Origin: Octopus sinensis
Lineage: Eukaryota
Assembly (NCBI RefSeq): GCF_006345805.1
Contig: NC_043015.1
Coordinates: 8,866,001-8,930,000 of the forward strand
Reading direction: 5' to 3'
DNA: 64,000 nt
A program made the position numbers and the translations under genes. The notes beneath the pieces were generated by a model. That model ran no database searches. It was not told where the DNA came from and was given only the letters and a program-made list of their open reading frames with translations. Shown here piece after piece: positions 12,981-25,700 of the stretch. Every line of letters begins with the position of its first letter. The stretch's first letter is position 1.

Positions 12981-14500
12981 TGATGAGAACACAATAAAAT
13001 TCGAAACTTAATTAAAGTTGTTCATCATTTTTCCACTCTGTGGAGAAATGACTAAAATTTGCCCTACTTATAATTATACCAAATGTTATATATTTATTAT
13101 TATATCATGCCTTGATACTGTGTGGACCAAGTTTCCCGTTGACAGGCCACTGGTATTTATAGTGTTAAACACTTTCGGTGTGAAAATGAGAGAACCTCTC
13201 ATAGATTAACTTGCTGCATTTTTGAGTAAATAGACATTTTGGCGACATATTTCTCTGAAGCCTATGACATCTATGTAGATGACCATGATGAGAACACAAC
13301 AAGGTCCGAAAATCGATTAATGTTATTCATCATTTATTTCAACCTGCTGAGAAATGGCGAAAATTTGCCCTGTTTATAATTATACCGTATGTTATATATT
13401 TAATATGCCATATCTTGTTAATGTGTGGACTACGACCTCGATGTTTTTTTCACCCTAAGGAGAAACCGCTAGAATTTGCCCTGTTTATAATAATACCATA
13501 TGTTACATGTTCCTAATCTCATACCTTGATACTGTGTGCAATAAGAATACCGTTGAGAGGCTACTGGTTTTTGTGGTCTTAAACAATATCGGTACGCAAA
13601 TTAAGGACTTCTTCATACAGTAAGTGCTGCATTTGTTGACTATATAATATGTTTGGCTGCTTGTTTACCTAGAGGCTATCACAACGATGTAGACACCTGT
13701 GATGAGAGCAGAATAAGTTTCGAAATTCAATAAACGTTGTCCATCAATATTTCAGTCTGCGGCGATAGAGCTAGAATTCGCCCTGTTAACCATTATATAG
13801 AGAATACCAATCGAGTTCCCTATGGATACCGTATTTATTACAACGAGTGGCTTGTAAACGTATCTAACGAGCGAAAGCGAGTTAGATACGTTTACAAGCC
13901 ATGAGTTGTAATAAATACGGTATCCATAGGGAATGAGTTTGGTATTTTATTTATTACACACGAATAAACGACCATATTTTATTAACCCAATAACTAAATT
14001 CTTCACGTTTTGTTGTAACTTATGAATGACAAAAGTAGTACCGTCAACGTGACCTCGGGTCATCAACATGAATTGACCAATCAGAAGCAGAGCTGTCACC
14101 GTGACCTCGGGTCATCACCATGGATTGACCAATCAGAAGCAGCGCTCGATACCAAAAATATCTCAAAGTGTTCTCACTCACATGTGTGTAATAAACCATA
14201 TGTTACACATTTATTATATCGTACCTTGATTCTGTGTGGACTAAGACCCCCATTGACAGGCCACTGGTATTTATAGTGCGTTAAACGCTTTCAGTATGCA
14301 AATTAGGGACTCCTTCATAGAGTAAGTGCTGCCTCTGTTGAGTATATAAACAATTTAGCTGCTTGTTTCTCTGGAGACTGTTGGTAAGGTGTAGATTCCT
14401 CTGATGGAAACCCAATAACGTTAGAAATTCGTTTAACGTTCATCATTTTATTCACTCTGCGGAGAAATGTCTAACATTTATCGTTTACAATTATATCATG
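12981..14500. repeat. Degenerate tandem repeat, unit ~305 bp, about 4 partial or complete units
   Basis: Unit starts tgatgagaac/tgatgagagc/tgatggaaac at 12981, 13286, 13700 and 14402. Recurrent motifs: ttgccct, ccttgatactgtgtg, gacaggccactggtatttatagtg, taagtgctgc. Confidence 0.8.
13788..14199. mobile_element. Non-autonomous foldback insertion with 6-bp terminal direct repeats (Crypton-like, tentative)
   Basis: AACCAT at 13788-13793 and 14194-14199. Perfect inverted arms 13816-13844/13905-13933 (29 bp) and 13849-13868/13881-13900 (20 bp); 12-bp inverted repeat 13950-13961/14184-14195; 52-bp tandem pair 14048-14152. It interrupts unit 3 of the 305-bp repeat. Insertion is well supported; superfamily is inference. 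Confidence 0.6.
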
Positions 14501-15327
14501 TTATATATATATATATATATATATATATAAGTGTGTGTGTGCGTTTGTGTGCGTGCGCGTGTGGGTGGGGATGAAAGAGAAATGGAGGCAGAGTATTGTG
14601 TGGGTGTTTATGCATGAATTGTGTGTGAGTAGGTGCACATCTAAATATTCATTCGTGTACAAGTTGAAGAGGAGAGAAACGGAATACATGAAAGTTTATA
14701 TCGGAATTATAAGCATGTGCTCCAAATTTAGATTGCATACACTACTTATCTTTTCTTGTTTCCTTGATCCTTCACTAAAGTATGTTCTTATACATGCATA
14801 CATATATGTTACCATTGACATATGAAGCAATGTTTCCATGTATAGGAACCCTAGAGAAAATGTTTGATTTTCTACTATCCATTGCAATTCGCTGTACTAT
14901 TTTTATCGTTTATGCCAAGTACATATTTAGGGTGTGTGTGAGTTATATGCATGCAAATGTGTCTATGAATATGTGTGTGTCTGTGTATACATAAGGAGAA
15001 TGATGTGACAATTAATAATGTGGATATTGGATGTAATTATCTCTTTCATTTATATTCTGAATATGGAAATGTTTGTTGATAGAACTCATTGACTATCTTC
15101 ATAGAAGTTCCTGTGAGGAATTAGTCAAGTCTTACTTTGTATTGCCCGTATAGTTATGTATCAGTTCATAACTTCTTGGATTTTAATACATATTCCATTT
15201 TATAAAGGCTATTTATAGAATAATTCCAAATATTTGTAAGGTCTTCTGAGACTAAGATATATTCCATTTTCTATGATTTCTATCTTATTCACATTCCTAT
15301 ACTCACAAGTGTATGCGTATGTGTGGG

Positions 15328-15505
15328 TCTGGAAGCCATCTACTCGCAATACCAGAGGGCGCACACTCTCCTAACTTGATGTAATCTCCAGGGATACAGG
15401 CATCCAGCAACAGGACCTCCGTAATGCCATGATGGACCGTGAAGTCTGGCGTAGCATGGTAAATACCATTGTCTCTACCACGGTCGAACAATGATGATGA
15501 TGATG
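15328..15505 (+). mobile_element. 3' end of an RTE-like LINE with (TGA)n tail and 9-bp TSD
   Basis: Translates WKPSTRNTRGRTLS..DVISRDTGIQQQDLRNAMMDREVWRSMVNTIVSTTVEQ*, then (TGA)n; atgtgtggg at 15319-15327 and 15506-15514. Confidence 0.75.
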
Positions 15506-15810
15506 ATGTGTGGGAGTATGTGTTTGTATGTGCGTTTGTGTGTGTGTGTTTGAGGAAGTAGTGAAACAAATATCAGAAATCTATGAAGTATATTCGCATA
15601 TTTTTTTTTAAATCAAGCACTTCCAATGCACTGTCGTATGAATAACTCTTATTTGTGTTTACTTTCCCTTAACATGATACCTGATGAAAAGATGCATAAC
15701 TGGTTCAACGATTCTGAGCAAATTTTAAAGAAATATTTCATGTATTAAAGAATATTCATATTCGCACTATCGACAGTCATAACTGAAAAATTTAAGATTC
15801 CAGCTGTCGT

Positions 15811-15867
15811 GACGCATGAGATACGTATGAGATAGGACGCATGAGATACGTATGAGATAGGACGCAT
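15811..15867. repeat. 25-bp perfect tandem repeat, 2.3 copies
   Basis: gacgcatgagatacgtatgagatag twice plus gacgcat. Confidence 0.95.
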
Positions 15868-16429
15868 TAAATTATAATTGTTTGAAATGAATAAATATTG
15901 AGTTTACATAGAGCAACATTAATATCCCATACGACTTGAGAGATCATACATTTTTGATACGTGGTAGAAAGGGTGAAAGCTAATCGGTGCACAAAATAGC
16001 ATATCGAATTTCAGTATTTTAAAATTTTTTCTATCAAATATCAATTACAAATAAATAGACGATTTGTTAATCACCCCTACCTTATCGAATCAGCAATCTG
16101 ACAAAAAATGTCCTAATTCAATATTAGCAAGTGGTAAAATTTCCCTTAATCAGTTGATACTGCATTCTTCCGATTTCTTCTCATAGCAGAATATTTTGTA
16201 ATCTTGAACGGGAATTTTTTCAAAAATGTTTAAACCTAGTAAATTGAATAAATACATTATTAAATATCTCGAAATAAATAATTTGCATGCAACTTATGAT
16301 ATTTTTAAAGATTTTCTCATTGGATCGCATCCGCGTTAACTCATTATATTACAAGCTGTAGTCGATGATTACAACACTACAACAAATACTAAATAACAGA
16401 GGTGATGGTAACGATGCTGATTGTTTTAT

Positions 16430-16710
16430 TTATTTATACACCTTTTTCAAGCCTAGCCAGGCTCATGGGCCCGGTTTCCCGGTTGCTGTGGTGTATGTGT
16501 TCCCCGCCAGTCCATCACAGCGTTAATCAAGATAGAGTAAGAGAAAGTTGGGGCGAAAGTGTACAACAGGGATCACCACCACCAAACTGCCGGAGCGTCA
16601 TGGAGCTTTAGGTGTTTCCGCTCAATAAACACACACAACGCCCAGTCTGGGAATCGAAACCATGATCCTCCGACCGCGAGTCCCCTGCCTTAAGCAATGG
16701 ACCACTGCGC
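16430..16710 (-). mobile_element. SINE family B head with a different 3' body
   Basis: Matches 6365-6549 from the head through gagaaagttg.ggcgaaag.gtaca.cag.gatcaccacc, then switches to an unrelated 3' segment. Confidence 0.8.
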
Positions 16711-17203
16711 AATTATGGCGGTGGTGATTTTGGTGGTGATGATTATAATAATCATGATGTTGACGACGATGATTACAGTGATGATTATGATGATGATGAC
16801 ACTGATGACTACCATGACCACCACGACAAACACGGAAACATCAATTAGTGATTCACTTTCGCATCTTATAATGCAGCATGGATTATTGCTTCGTAACTAA
16901 AATTGGTAGTCATATGGCAGGGATTAACTGTTCAAAATCTAGAAAAACGTTTCAGTTGTCAACGACGAATATATGCTATGTAACTTGGGAGTCAATGGCG
17001 AATTTCAAAGGGAATAGCGCTTCTAAAACTCTTGCTCTCTTTAAGTGAATAGTTCAAACTTAACGTTTGAAATAGAAAACCGACTCAGTCCAATATGAGA
17101 AGACTTCTGGCTTTTCAGAGCTGCGATATATAGATTGCATTATTTCGCAAAAAAATATGTGAATATTTATAGAGACAGAAACTATATTCTTTGCTATTTT
17201 AAT

Positions 17204-17338
17204 CTTTTACTTGCTTCAGCCATGTGACTGTGGCCATGCTGGAGCACCGCCTTTTAGTCGAGCAAATCGACACAACGACATATTCTTTGAAAGTCTATTA
17301 CTTATTCTATCGGTCTCTTTTTGCAGAACCGCTAAGTA
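17204..17338 (-). mobile_element. SINE family C, 3' fragment
   Basis: cttttacttg.ttcag.cat.tgactgtggccatgctggagcaccgc.ttttagtcgagcaaatcg matches 57810-57950. Confidence 0.8.
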
Positions 17339-17390
17339 AATACACGATCATCGATTCTCAAGCTACACAGATACACATATATATGTATAC

Positions 17391-17469
<79 letters not shown>

Positions 17470-18884
17470 CTCGTATGTTAAACCGCCGTCGTTTGTCCAA
17501 ATTTGAATGCTTCACCCAGAAAAAAAATGTGTTTGCATCACTTCTATATGGCTTGAGGTGAATTCGTCTCTTTCTACATGATAAATATTTGTTGATTAAA
17601 TTCGTACATAGTTTTTTGTCAATTGCTAATTTTTCAACGTTTTTAATCAATATTGTGGGCGAAATGTACCTTAGGTATTTATTTGAAACAAAAATATATT
17701 CTTTCTTTTCACGTGGTTCCTTCAGAAATCCTGCATAAAACGACTAATATTATGCATAAGAACGTTTATACACACAACCACGCAAATAAATAACTATATA
17801 CGTATGATGTCAGTTATGTGCGAAACGACAGTGTCAAATAATTTTGTGGTTTACAAAATATGTTGTGGACGTCAGATTATGTACACAATTCGTAGACATC
17901 TATGTAAAATATTTATAGTATAAATGCAAGAAGGTGGGATAATGCTCATGTTTATTCACGTGAGTCTGTGTATTTTTATGCATACATATGTTGCATGGGT
18001 ATGAGTACGTAGGTTTGTGTTTCTTTGGCTTGAAATGATTGTGTGTGTTTGTGTAAGTATGTTTATGTATGTATGGATGTATGCATGTAGGTACGTATGC
18101 ATGTATATGCAATTTTGAGGGTATATGTGGCGGTTATATAAATATAATTGCATATGTGACCAAGTGTGTAAATGTCTGAATAGAATATGCATACATATTG
18201 AATATACTTCTGACTATTTCTTGTATAGTATCCGGTTAGTTATTCTCAGGCCAATAAGCATCAAATTAAATAGCTGCATCTGTCAACACCTGAACATCAG
18301 TCAAATCCCATAATGTTACCTCATTATAAATACAAGTGATGAAGAAAGAAATAGGATGGTCACGCAAATTCTATTTTACAATAGAAATATATAAATCCGG
18401 TTTTGTATTTGACATAGGGTTAAGAATAAAAGAAATGTCTACGTTATTACAAAACAAAAACAGTTATGTTTCCGAGCAATATATATTAGAATTGCAAAAA
18501 TAGAAGCACAATGTAAAAGCTTATATAGCGCCAAATACATATAGTATCAGAATCATTATTCGTGAGTATATATATATATATTTTTTTTTAAATATGTGTG
18601 TGCGTGCTTATGTATGTCTATACGTAAGTATGTATGAAAATATGTATGTATATAATGCACATATCGAATATATATTTACAAACAACAACCTGGAACAAGT
18701 TTCTTAGAACAAAATCACACCATTCAAATTATTCATTAATTCAATCGTCGATTTCAACAAGTGGAAATATTTCAGTCTTCCACCGGAATACCCATTTTAT
18801 GTGGCGTATGGAAGTCAGCGGTTCTCAGATTCAACAGGGTACGTTATATTATATACATAACATATATTTTCGTTATGTTTTCGT

Positions 18885-19230
18885 AAGACGCTAGTTGCCC
18901 CACCGCATGGTTCCGGTTTCAGTCTGAAGTCGTAGCATTATCAGCAAGTGTCTTCTATTTTAGACTTGGGCCGACCCAATCCTTGTGACTTGATTTGGTA
19001 TGCGGAAACTTGAATAAGCCGGTCTTACATATATGTGGGGTGGAGGGGCATGTGTGTGTCTCCCTGTCTGGTATTGGTTTCCACCGCCGTATGACGGCTG
19101 GTGACAGTGTGTTTACCTCCGTAACATAGCGTTTCGGCAAAAGTTTCGGATAGAAGTACCAGGCTTAAAAGAAATAACTACCTGAGTCGATTCATTCCAT
19201 TAAAAAAAGAATTGAAAGTGGTGTCCCATC
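18885..19230 (+). mobile_element. SINE family C, diverged copy
   Basis: catggttccggtttcagtc...gcaagtgtcttcta...gggccgacc.aatccttgtga...gatttggta..cggaaact matches the reverse complement of 60740-60880. Confidence 0.7.
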
Positions 19231-19270
19231 ATTTCCATACACTAGTGACTGAAGGAAGTACAAGATAAAA

Positions 19271-19359
<89 letters not shown>

Positions 19360-19768
19360 ATAGACGTTGGAAGACAAGAAATGAAAGAGCCCTCAATACT
19401 TTGTAAATAGTGGAATTTATCTGTAAATATTAAATTTTAACAATTATTCGGTAGCCATGATAAAACTCCGTGTTTCGAATGTCGTGGCGGAAACTCACAC
19501 CGGCATATATTCAGTTAATTGGCAATCGAAAAAATATGCTACGAAAATGACCGTTAAAACAAAGGGAAATTATTCTGTGATTGACCCTTATTAAGACAAA
19601 AGCGCTATTAAAATGACAGCTAAGGAGGGAGTTAAGGTAAGGGGGTAAAAATTTTCATAGTAATCGCGTTAGCGCGCATGTTCATTATACTACAGCGCGC
19701 CCTCAAACTCACGTACAAGCGCTAATATGAATATACACATCAACCTTCACTTGAAACACACACGTTTG

Positions 19769-22700
19769 CCAAAAAATATATACATAACCGCATACTCGCT
19801 CGCACAAACCAAAAAATATATACATAACCGCATACACCCTCGCACAAACCAAAAAATATATACATAACCGCATACTCGCTCGCACAAACCAAAAAATATA
19901 TACATAACCGCATACACGCTCGCACAAACCAAAAAATAAGTACATAACCGCATACTCGGTCGCACAAACCAAAAAATATATACATAACCGCATACACGCT
20001 CGCACAAACCAAAAATTATATACATAACCGCATACACACGCTCGCACAAACCAAAAAATATATACATAACCGCATACTCGCTCGCACAAACCAAAAAATA
20101 TATACATAACCGCATACTCGCTCGCACAAACCAAAAAATATATACATAACCGCATACTCGCTCGCACAAACCAAAAAATATATACATAACCGCATACTCG
20201 CTCGCACAAACCAAAAAATATATACATAACCGCATACTCGCTCGCACAAACCAAAAAATATATACATAACCGCATACTCGCTCGCACAAACCAAAAAATA
20301 TATACATAACCGCATACTCGCTCGCACAAACCAAAAAATATATACATAACCGCATACTCGCTCGCACAAACCAAAAAATATATACATAACCGCATACTCG
20401 CTCGCACAAACCAAAAAATAAATACATAACCGCATACACGCTCGCACAAACCAAAAAATAAATACATAACCGCATACACGCTCGCACACAAACCAAAAAA
20501 AATACATAACCGCATACACGCTCGCACAAACCAAAAAAAATATACATAACCGCATACACGCTCGCACAAACCAAAAAATACATACATAACAGCATACTCG
20601 CTCGCACAAACCAAAAAATATATACATAACCGCATACTCGCTCGCACAAACCAAAAAATATATACATAACCGCATACTCGCTCGCACAAACCAAAAAATA
20701 TATACATAACCGCATACTCGCTCGCACAAACCAAAAAATAAATACATAACCGCATACACGCTCGCACAAACCAAAAAATAAATACATAACCGCATACACG
20801 CTCGCACAAACCAAAAAATAAATACATAACCGCATACACGCTCGCACAAACCAAAAAATAAATACATAACCGCATACACGCTCGCACAAACCAAAAAATA
20901 TATACATAACCGCATACACGCTCGCACAAACCAAAAAATAAATACATAACCGCATACTCGCTCGCACAAACCAAAAAATAAATACATAACCGCATACTCG
21001 CTCGCACAAACCAAACAATATATACATAACCGCATACACGCTCGCACAAACCAAAAAAATACATAACCGCATACACGCTCGCACAAACCAAAAAATAAAT
21101 ACATAACCGCATACACGCTCGCACAAACCAAAAAATAAATACATACCGCATACACGCTCGCACAAACCAAAAAATAAATACATAACCGCATACACGCGCT
21201 CGCACAAACCAAAAAATAAATACATAACCGCATACTCGCTCGCACAAACCAAAAAATAAATACATAACCGCATACACGTTCGCACAAACCAAAAAATAAA
21301 TACATAACCGCATACACGCTCGCACAAACCAAAAAAAAATACATAACCGCATACACGCTCGCACAAACCAAAAAATAAATACATAACCGCATACTCGCTC
21401 GCACAAACCAAAAAATAAATACATAACCGCATACTCGCTCGCACAAACCAAAAAATAAATACATAACAGCATACACGCTCGCACAAACCAAAAAATAAAT
21501 ACATAACCGCATACACGCTCGCACAAACCAAAAAATAAATACATAACCGCATACTCGCTCGCACAAACCAAAAATATATACAATACCGCATACACGTTCG
21601 CACAAACCAAAAAATAAATACATAACCGCATACACGCTCGCACAAACCAAAAAATAAATACATAACCGCATATTCGCTCGCACAAACCGAAAAATAAATA
21701 CATAACCGCATACACGTTCGCACAAACCAAACAATAAATACATAACCGCATACACGCTCGCACAAACCAAACAATAAATACATAACCGCATACACGCTCG
21801 CACAAACCAAAAAATAAATACATAACCGCATACACGCTCGCACAAACCAAAAAATAAATACATAACCGCATACACGCTCGCACAAACCAAAAAATAAATA
21901 CATAACCGCATACACGCTCGCACAAACCAAAAAATAAATACATAACCGCATACACGCTCGCACAAACCAAAAAATAAATACATAACCGCATACACGCTCG
22001 CACAAACCAAAAAAATACATAACCGCATACACGCTCGCACAAACCAAAAAATAAATACATAACCGCATACTCGCTCGCACAAACCAAAAAATATATACAT
22101 AACCGCATACACGCTCGCACACAAACCAAAAAATAAATACATAACCGCATACACGCTCGCACTAACCAAAAAATAAATACATAACCGCATACTCGCTCGC
22201 ACAAACCAAAAAATATATACATAACCGCATACACACGCTCGCACAAACCAAAAAATATATACATAACCGCATACTCGCTCGCACAAACCAAAAAATAAAT
22301 ACATAACCGCATACTTGCTCGCACAAACCAAAAAATATATACATAACCGCATACACGCTCGCACAAACCAAAAAATATATACATAACCGCATACTCGCTC
22401 GCACAAACCAAAAATATATACATAACCGCATACTCGCTCGCACAAACCAAAAATATATACATAACCGCATACTCGCTCGCACAAACCAAAAAAATATATA
22501 CATAACCGCATACTCGCTCGCACAAACAAAAAAATATATACATAACCGCATACTCGCTCGCACAAACCAAAAAAATATACATAACCGCATACTCGCTCGC
22601 ACAAACCAAAAAATATATACATAACCGCATACTCGCTCGCAAAAACCAAAAAATATATACATAACCGCATACTCGCTCGCACAAACCAAACAATAAATAC

Positions 22701-25700
22701 ATAACCGCATACTCGCTCGCACAAACCAAAAAATATATACATAACCGCATACTCGCTCGCACAAACCAAAAAATATATACATAACCGCATACTCGCTCGC
22801 ACAAACCAAAAAATATATACATAACCGCATACTCGGTCGCACAAACCAAAAAATATATACATAACCGCATACTCGCTCGCACAAACCAAAAAATATATAC
22901 ATAACCGCATACTCGCTCGCACAAACCAAAAAATATATACATAACCGCATACACGCTCGCACAAACAAAAAAATATATACATAACCGCATACTCGCTCGC
23001 ACAAACCAAAAAATAAATACATAACCGCATACTCGCTCGCACAAACCAAAAAATATATACATAACCGCATACTCGCTCGCACAAACCAAAAAATATATAC
23101 ATAACCGCATACACGCTCGCACAAACCAAACAATAAATACATAACCGCATACACGCTCGCACAAACCAAACAATATATACATAACCGCATACACGCTCGC
23201 ACAAACCAAACAATAAATACATAACCGCATACACGCTCGCACAAACCAAACAATAAATACATAACCGCATACACGCTCGCACAAACGAAACAATAAATAC
23301 ATAACCGCATACACGCTCGCACAAACCAAACAATATATACATAACCGCATACACGCTCGCACAAACCAAACAATATAACATAACCGCATACACGCTCGCA
23401 CAAACCAAACAATAATACATAACCGCATACACGCTCGCACAAACCAAACAATAAATACATAACCGCATACACGCTCGCACAAACCAAAAAATATATACAT
23501 AACCGCATACACGCTCGCACAAACCAAAAAATAAATACAACCGCATACACGCTCGCACAAACCAAAAAATAAATACATAACCGCATACACGCTCGCACAA
23601 ACCAAAAAAATAATACATAACCGCATACACGCTCGCACAAGCCAAACAATAAATACATAACCGCATACTCGCTCGCACAAACCAAAAAATATATACATAA
23701 CCGCATACTCGCTCGCACAAACAAAAAAATAAATACATAACCGCATACACGCTCGCACAAACCAAACAATATATACATAACCGCATACTCGCTCGCAAAA
23801 CCAAAAAATATATACATAACCGCATACTCGCTCGCACAAACCAAAAAATAAATACATAACCGCATACTCGCTCGCACAAACCAAACAATAAATACATAAC
23901 CGCATACTCGCTCGCACAAACCAAAAAATATATACATACCGCATACTCGCTCGCACAAACTAAAAAATATACACATCACTGCATACTCGCTCGCACAAAC
24001 CAAAAAAGAAATACATAACCGCATACTCGCTCGCACAACCAAAAAATAAATACATAACCGCATACTCGCTCGCACAAACCAAAAAATATATACATAACCG
24101 CATACTCGGTCGCACAAACCAAAAAATATATACATAACCGCATACTCGCTCGCACAAACCAAAAATATTACATAACCGCATACTCGCTCGCTCGCACAAA
24201 CAAAAAAATATATACATAACCGCATACTCGCTCGCACAAACCAAAAAATATATACATAACCGCATACACGCTCGCACAAACAAAAAAATATATACATAAC
24301 CGCATACTCGCTCGCACAAACCAAAAAATAATACATAACCGCATACTCGCTCGCACAAACCAAAAAAATAATACATAACCGCATACTCGCTCGCACAAAC
24401 CAAAAAAATATACATAACCGCATACACGCTCGCACAAACCAAACAATAATACATAACCGCATACACGCTCGCACAAACCAAACAATATATACATAACCGC
24501 ATACACGCTCGCACAACCAAACAATAAATACATAACCGCATACACGCTCGCACAAACCAAACAATAAATACATAACCGCATACACGCTCGCACAAACGAA
24601 ACAATAAATACATAACCGCATACACGCTCGCACAAACCAAACAATATATACATAACCGCATACACGCTCGCACAAACCAAACAATATATACATAACCGCA
24701 TACACGCTCGCACAAACCAAACAATATATACATAACCGCATACACGCTCGCACAAACCAAACAATAAATACATAACCGCATACACGCTCGCACAAACCAA
24801 AAAATATATACATAACCGCATACACGCTCGCACAAACCAAAAAATAAATACATAACCGCATACACGCTCGCACAAACCAAAAAATAAATACATAACCGCA
24901 TACACGCTCGCACAAACCAAAAAATAAATACATAACCGCATACACGCTCGCACAAGCCAAACAATAAATACATAACCGCATACTCGCTCGCACAAACCAA
25001 AAAATATATACATAACCGCATACTCGCTCGCACAAACCAAAAAAATAAATACATAACCGCATACACGCTCGCACAAACCAAACAATATATACATAACCGC
25101 ATACTCGCTCGCACAAACCAAAAAATATATACATAACCGCATACTCGCTCGCACAAACAACAAAAATAAATACATAACCGCATACTCGCTCGCACAAACC
25201 AAACAATAATACATAACCGCATACTCGCTCGCACAAACCAAAAAATATATACATAACCGCATACTCGCTCGCACACAAACTAAAAAATATACACATCACT
25301 GCATACTCGCTCGCACACAAACCAAAAAAGAAATACATAACCGCATACTCGCTCGCACAAACCAAAAAATATATACATAACCGCGTACTCGCTCGCACAA
25401 ACCAAAAAATATATACATAACCGCATACTCGCTCGCACAAACCAAAAAATATATACATAACCGCATACTCGCTCGCACAAACCAAAAAATAAATACATAA
25501 CCGCATACTCGCTCGCACAAACCAAAAAATATATACATAACCGCATACTCGCTCGCACAAACCAAAAAAATATACATACCGCATACTCGCTCGCACAAAC
25601 CAAAAAATAAATACATAACCGCATACACGCTCGCACAAACCAAAAAATAAATACATAACCGCATACACGCTCGCACAAACCAAAAAATAAATACATAACC

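Noticed and set aside
19360-19620. Possible Penelope-like or other repeat terminus left of the satellite (aaaactccgtgtttcgaatg...gttaattggcaatc)
   Set aside because: It only resembles a repeat I recall; there is no second copy, ORF or terminal structure in this window to support a call.
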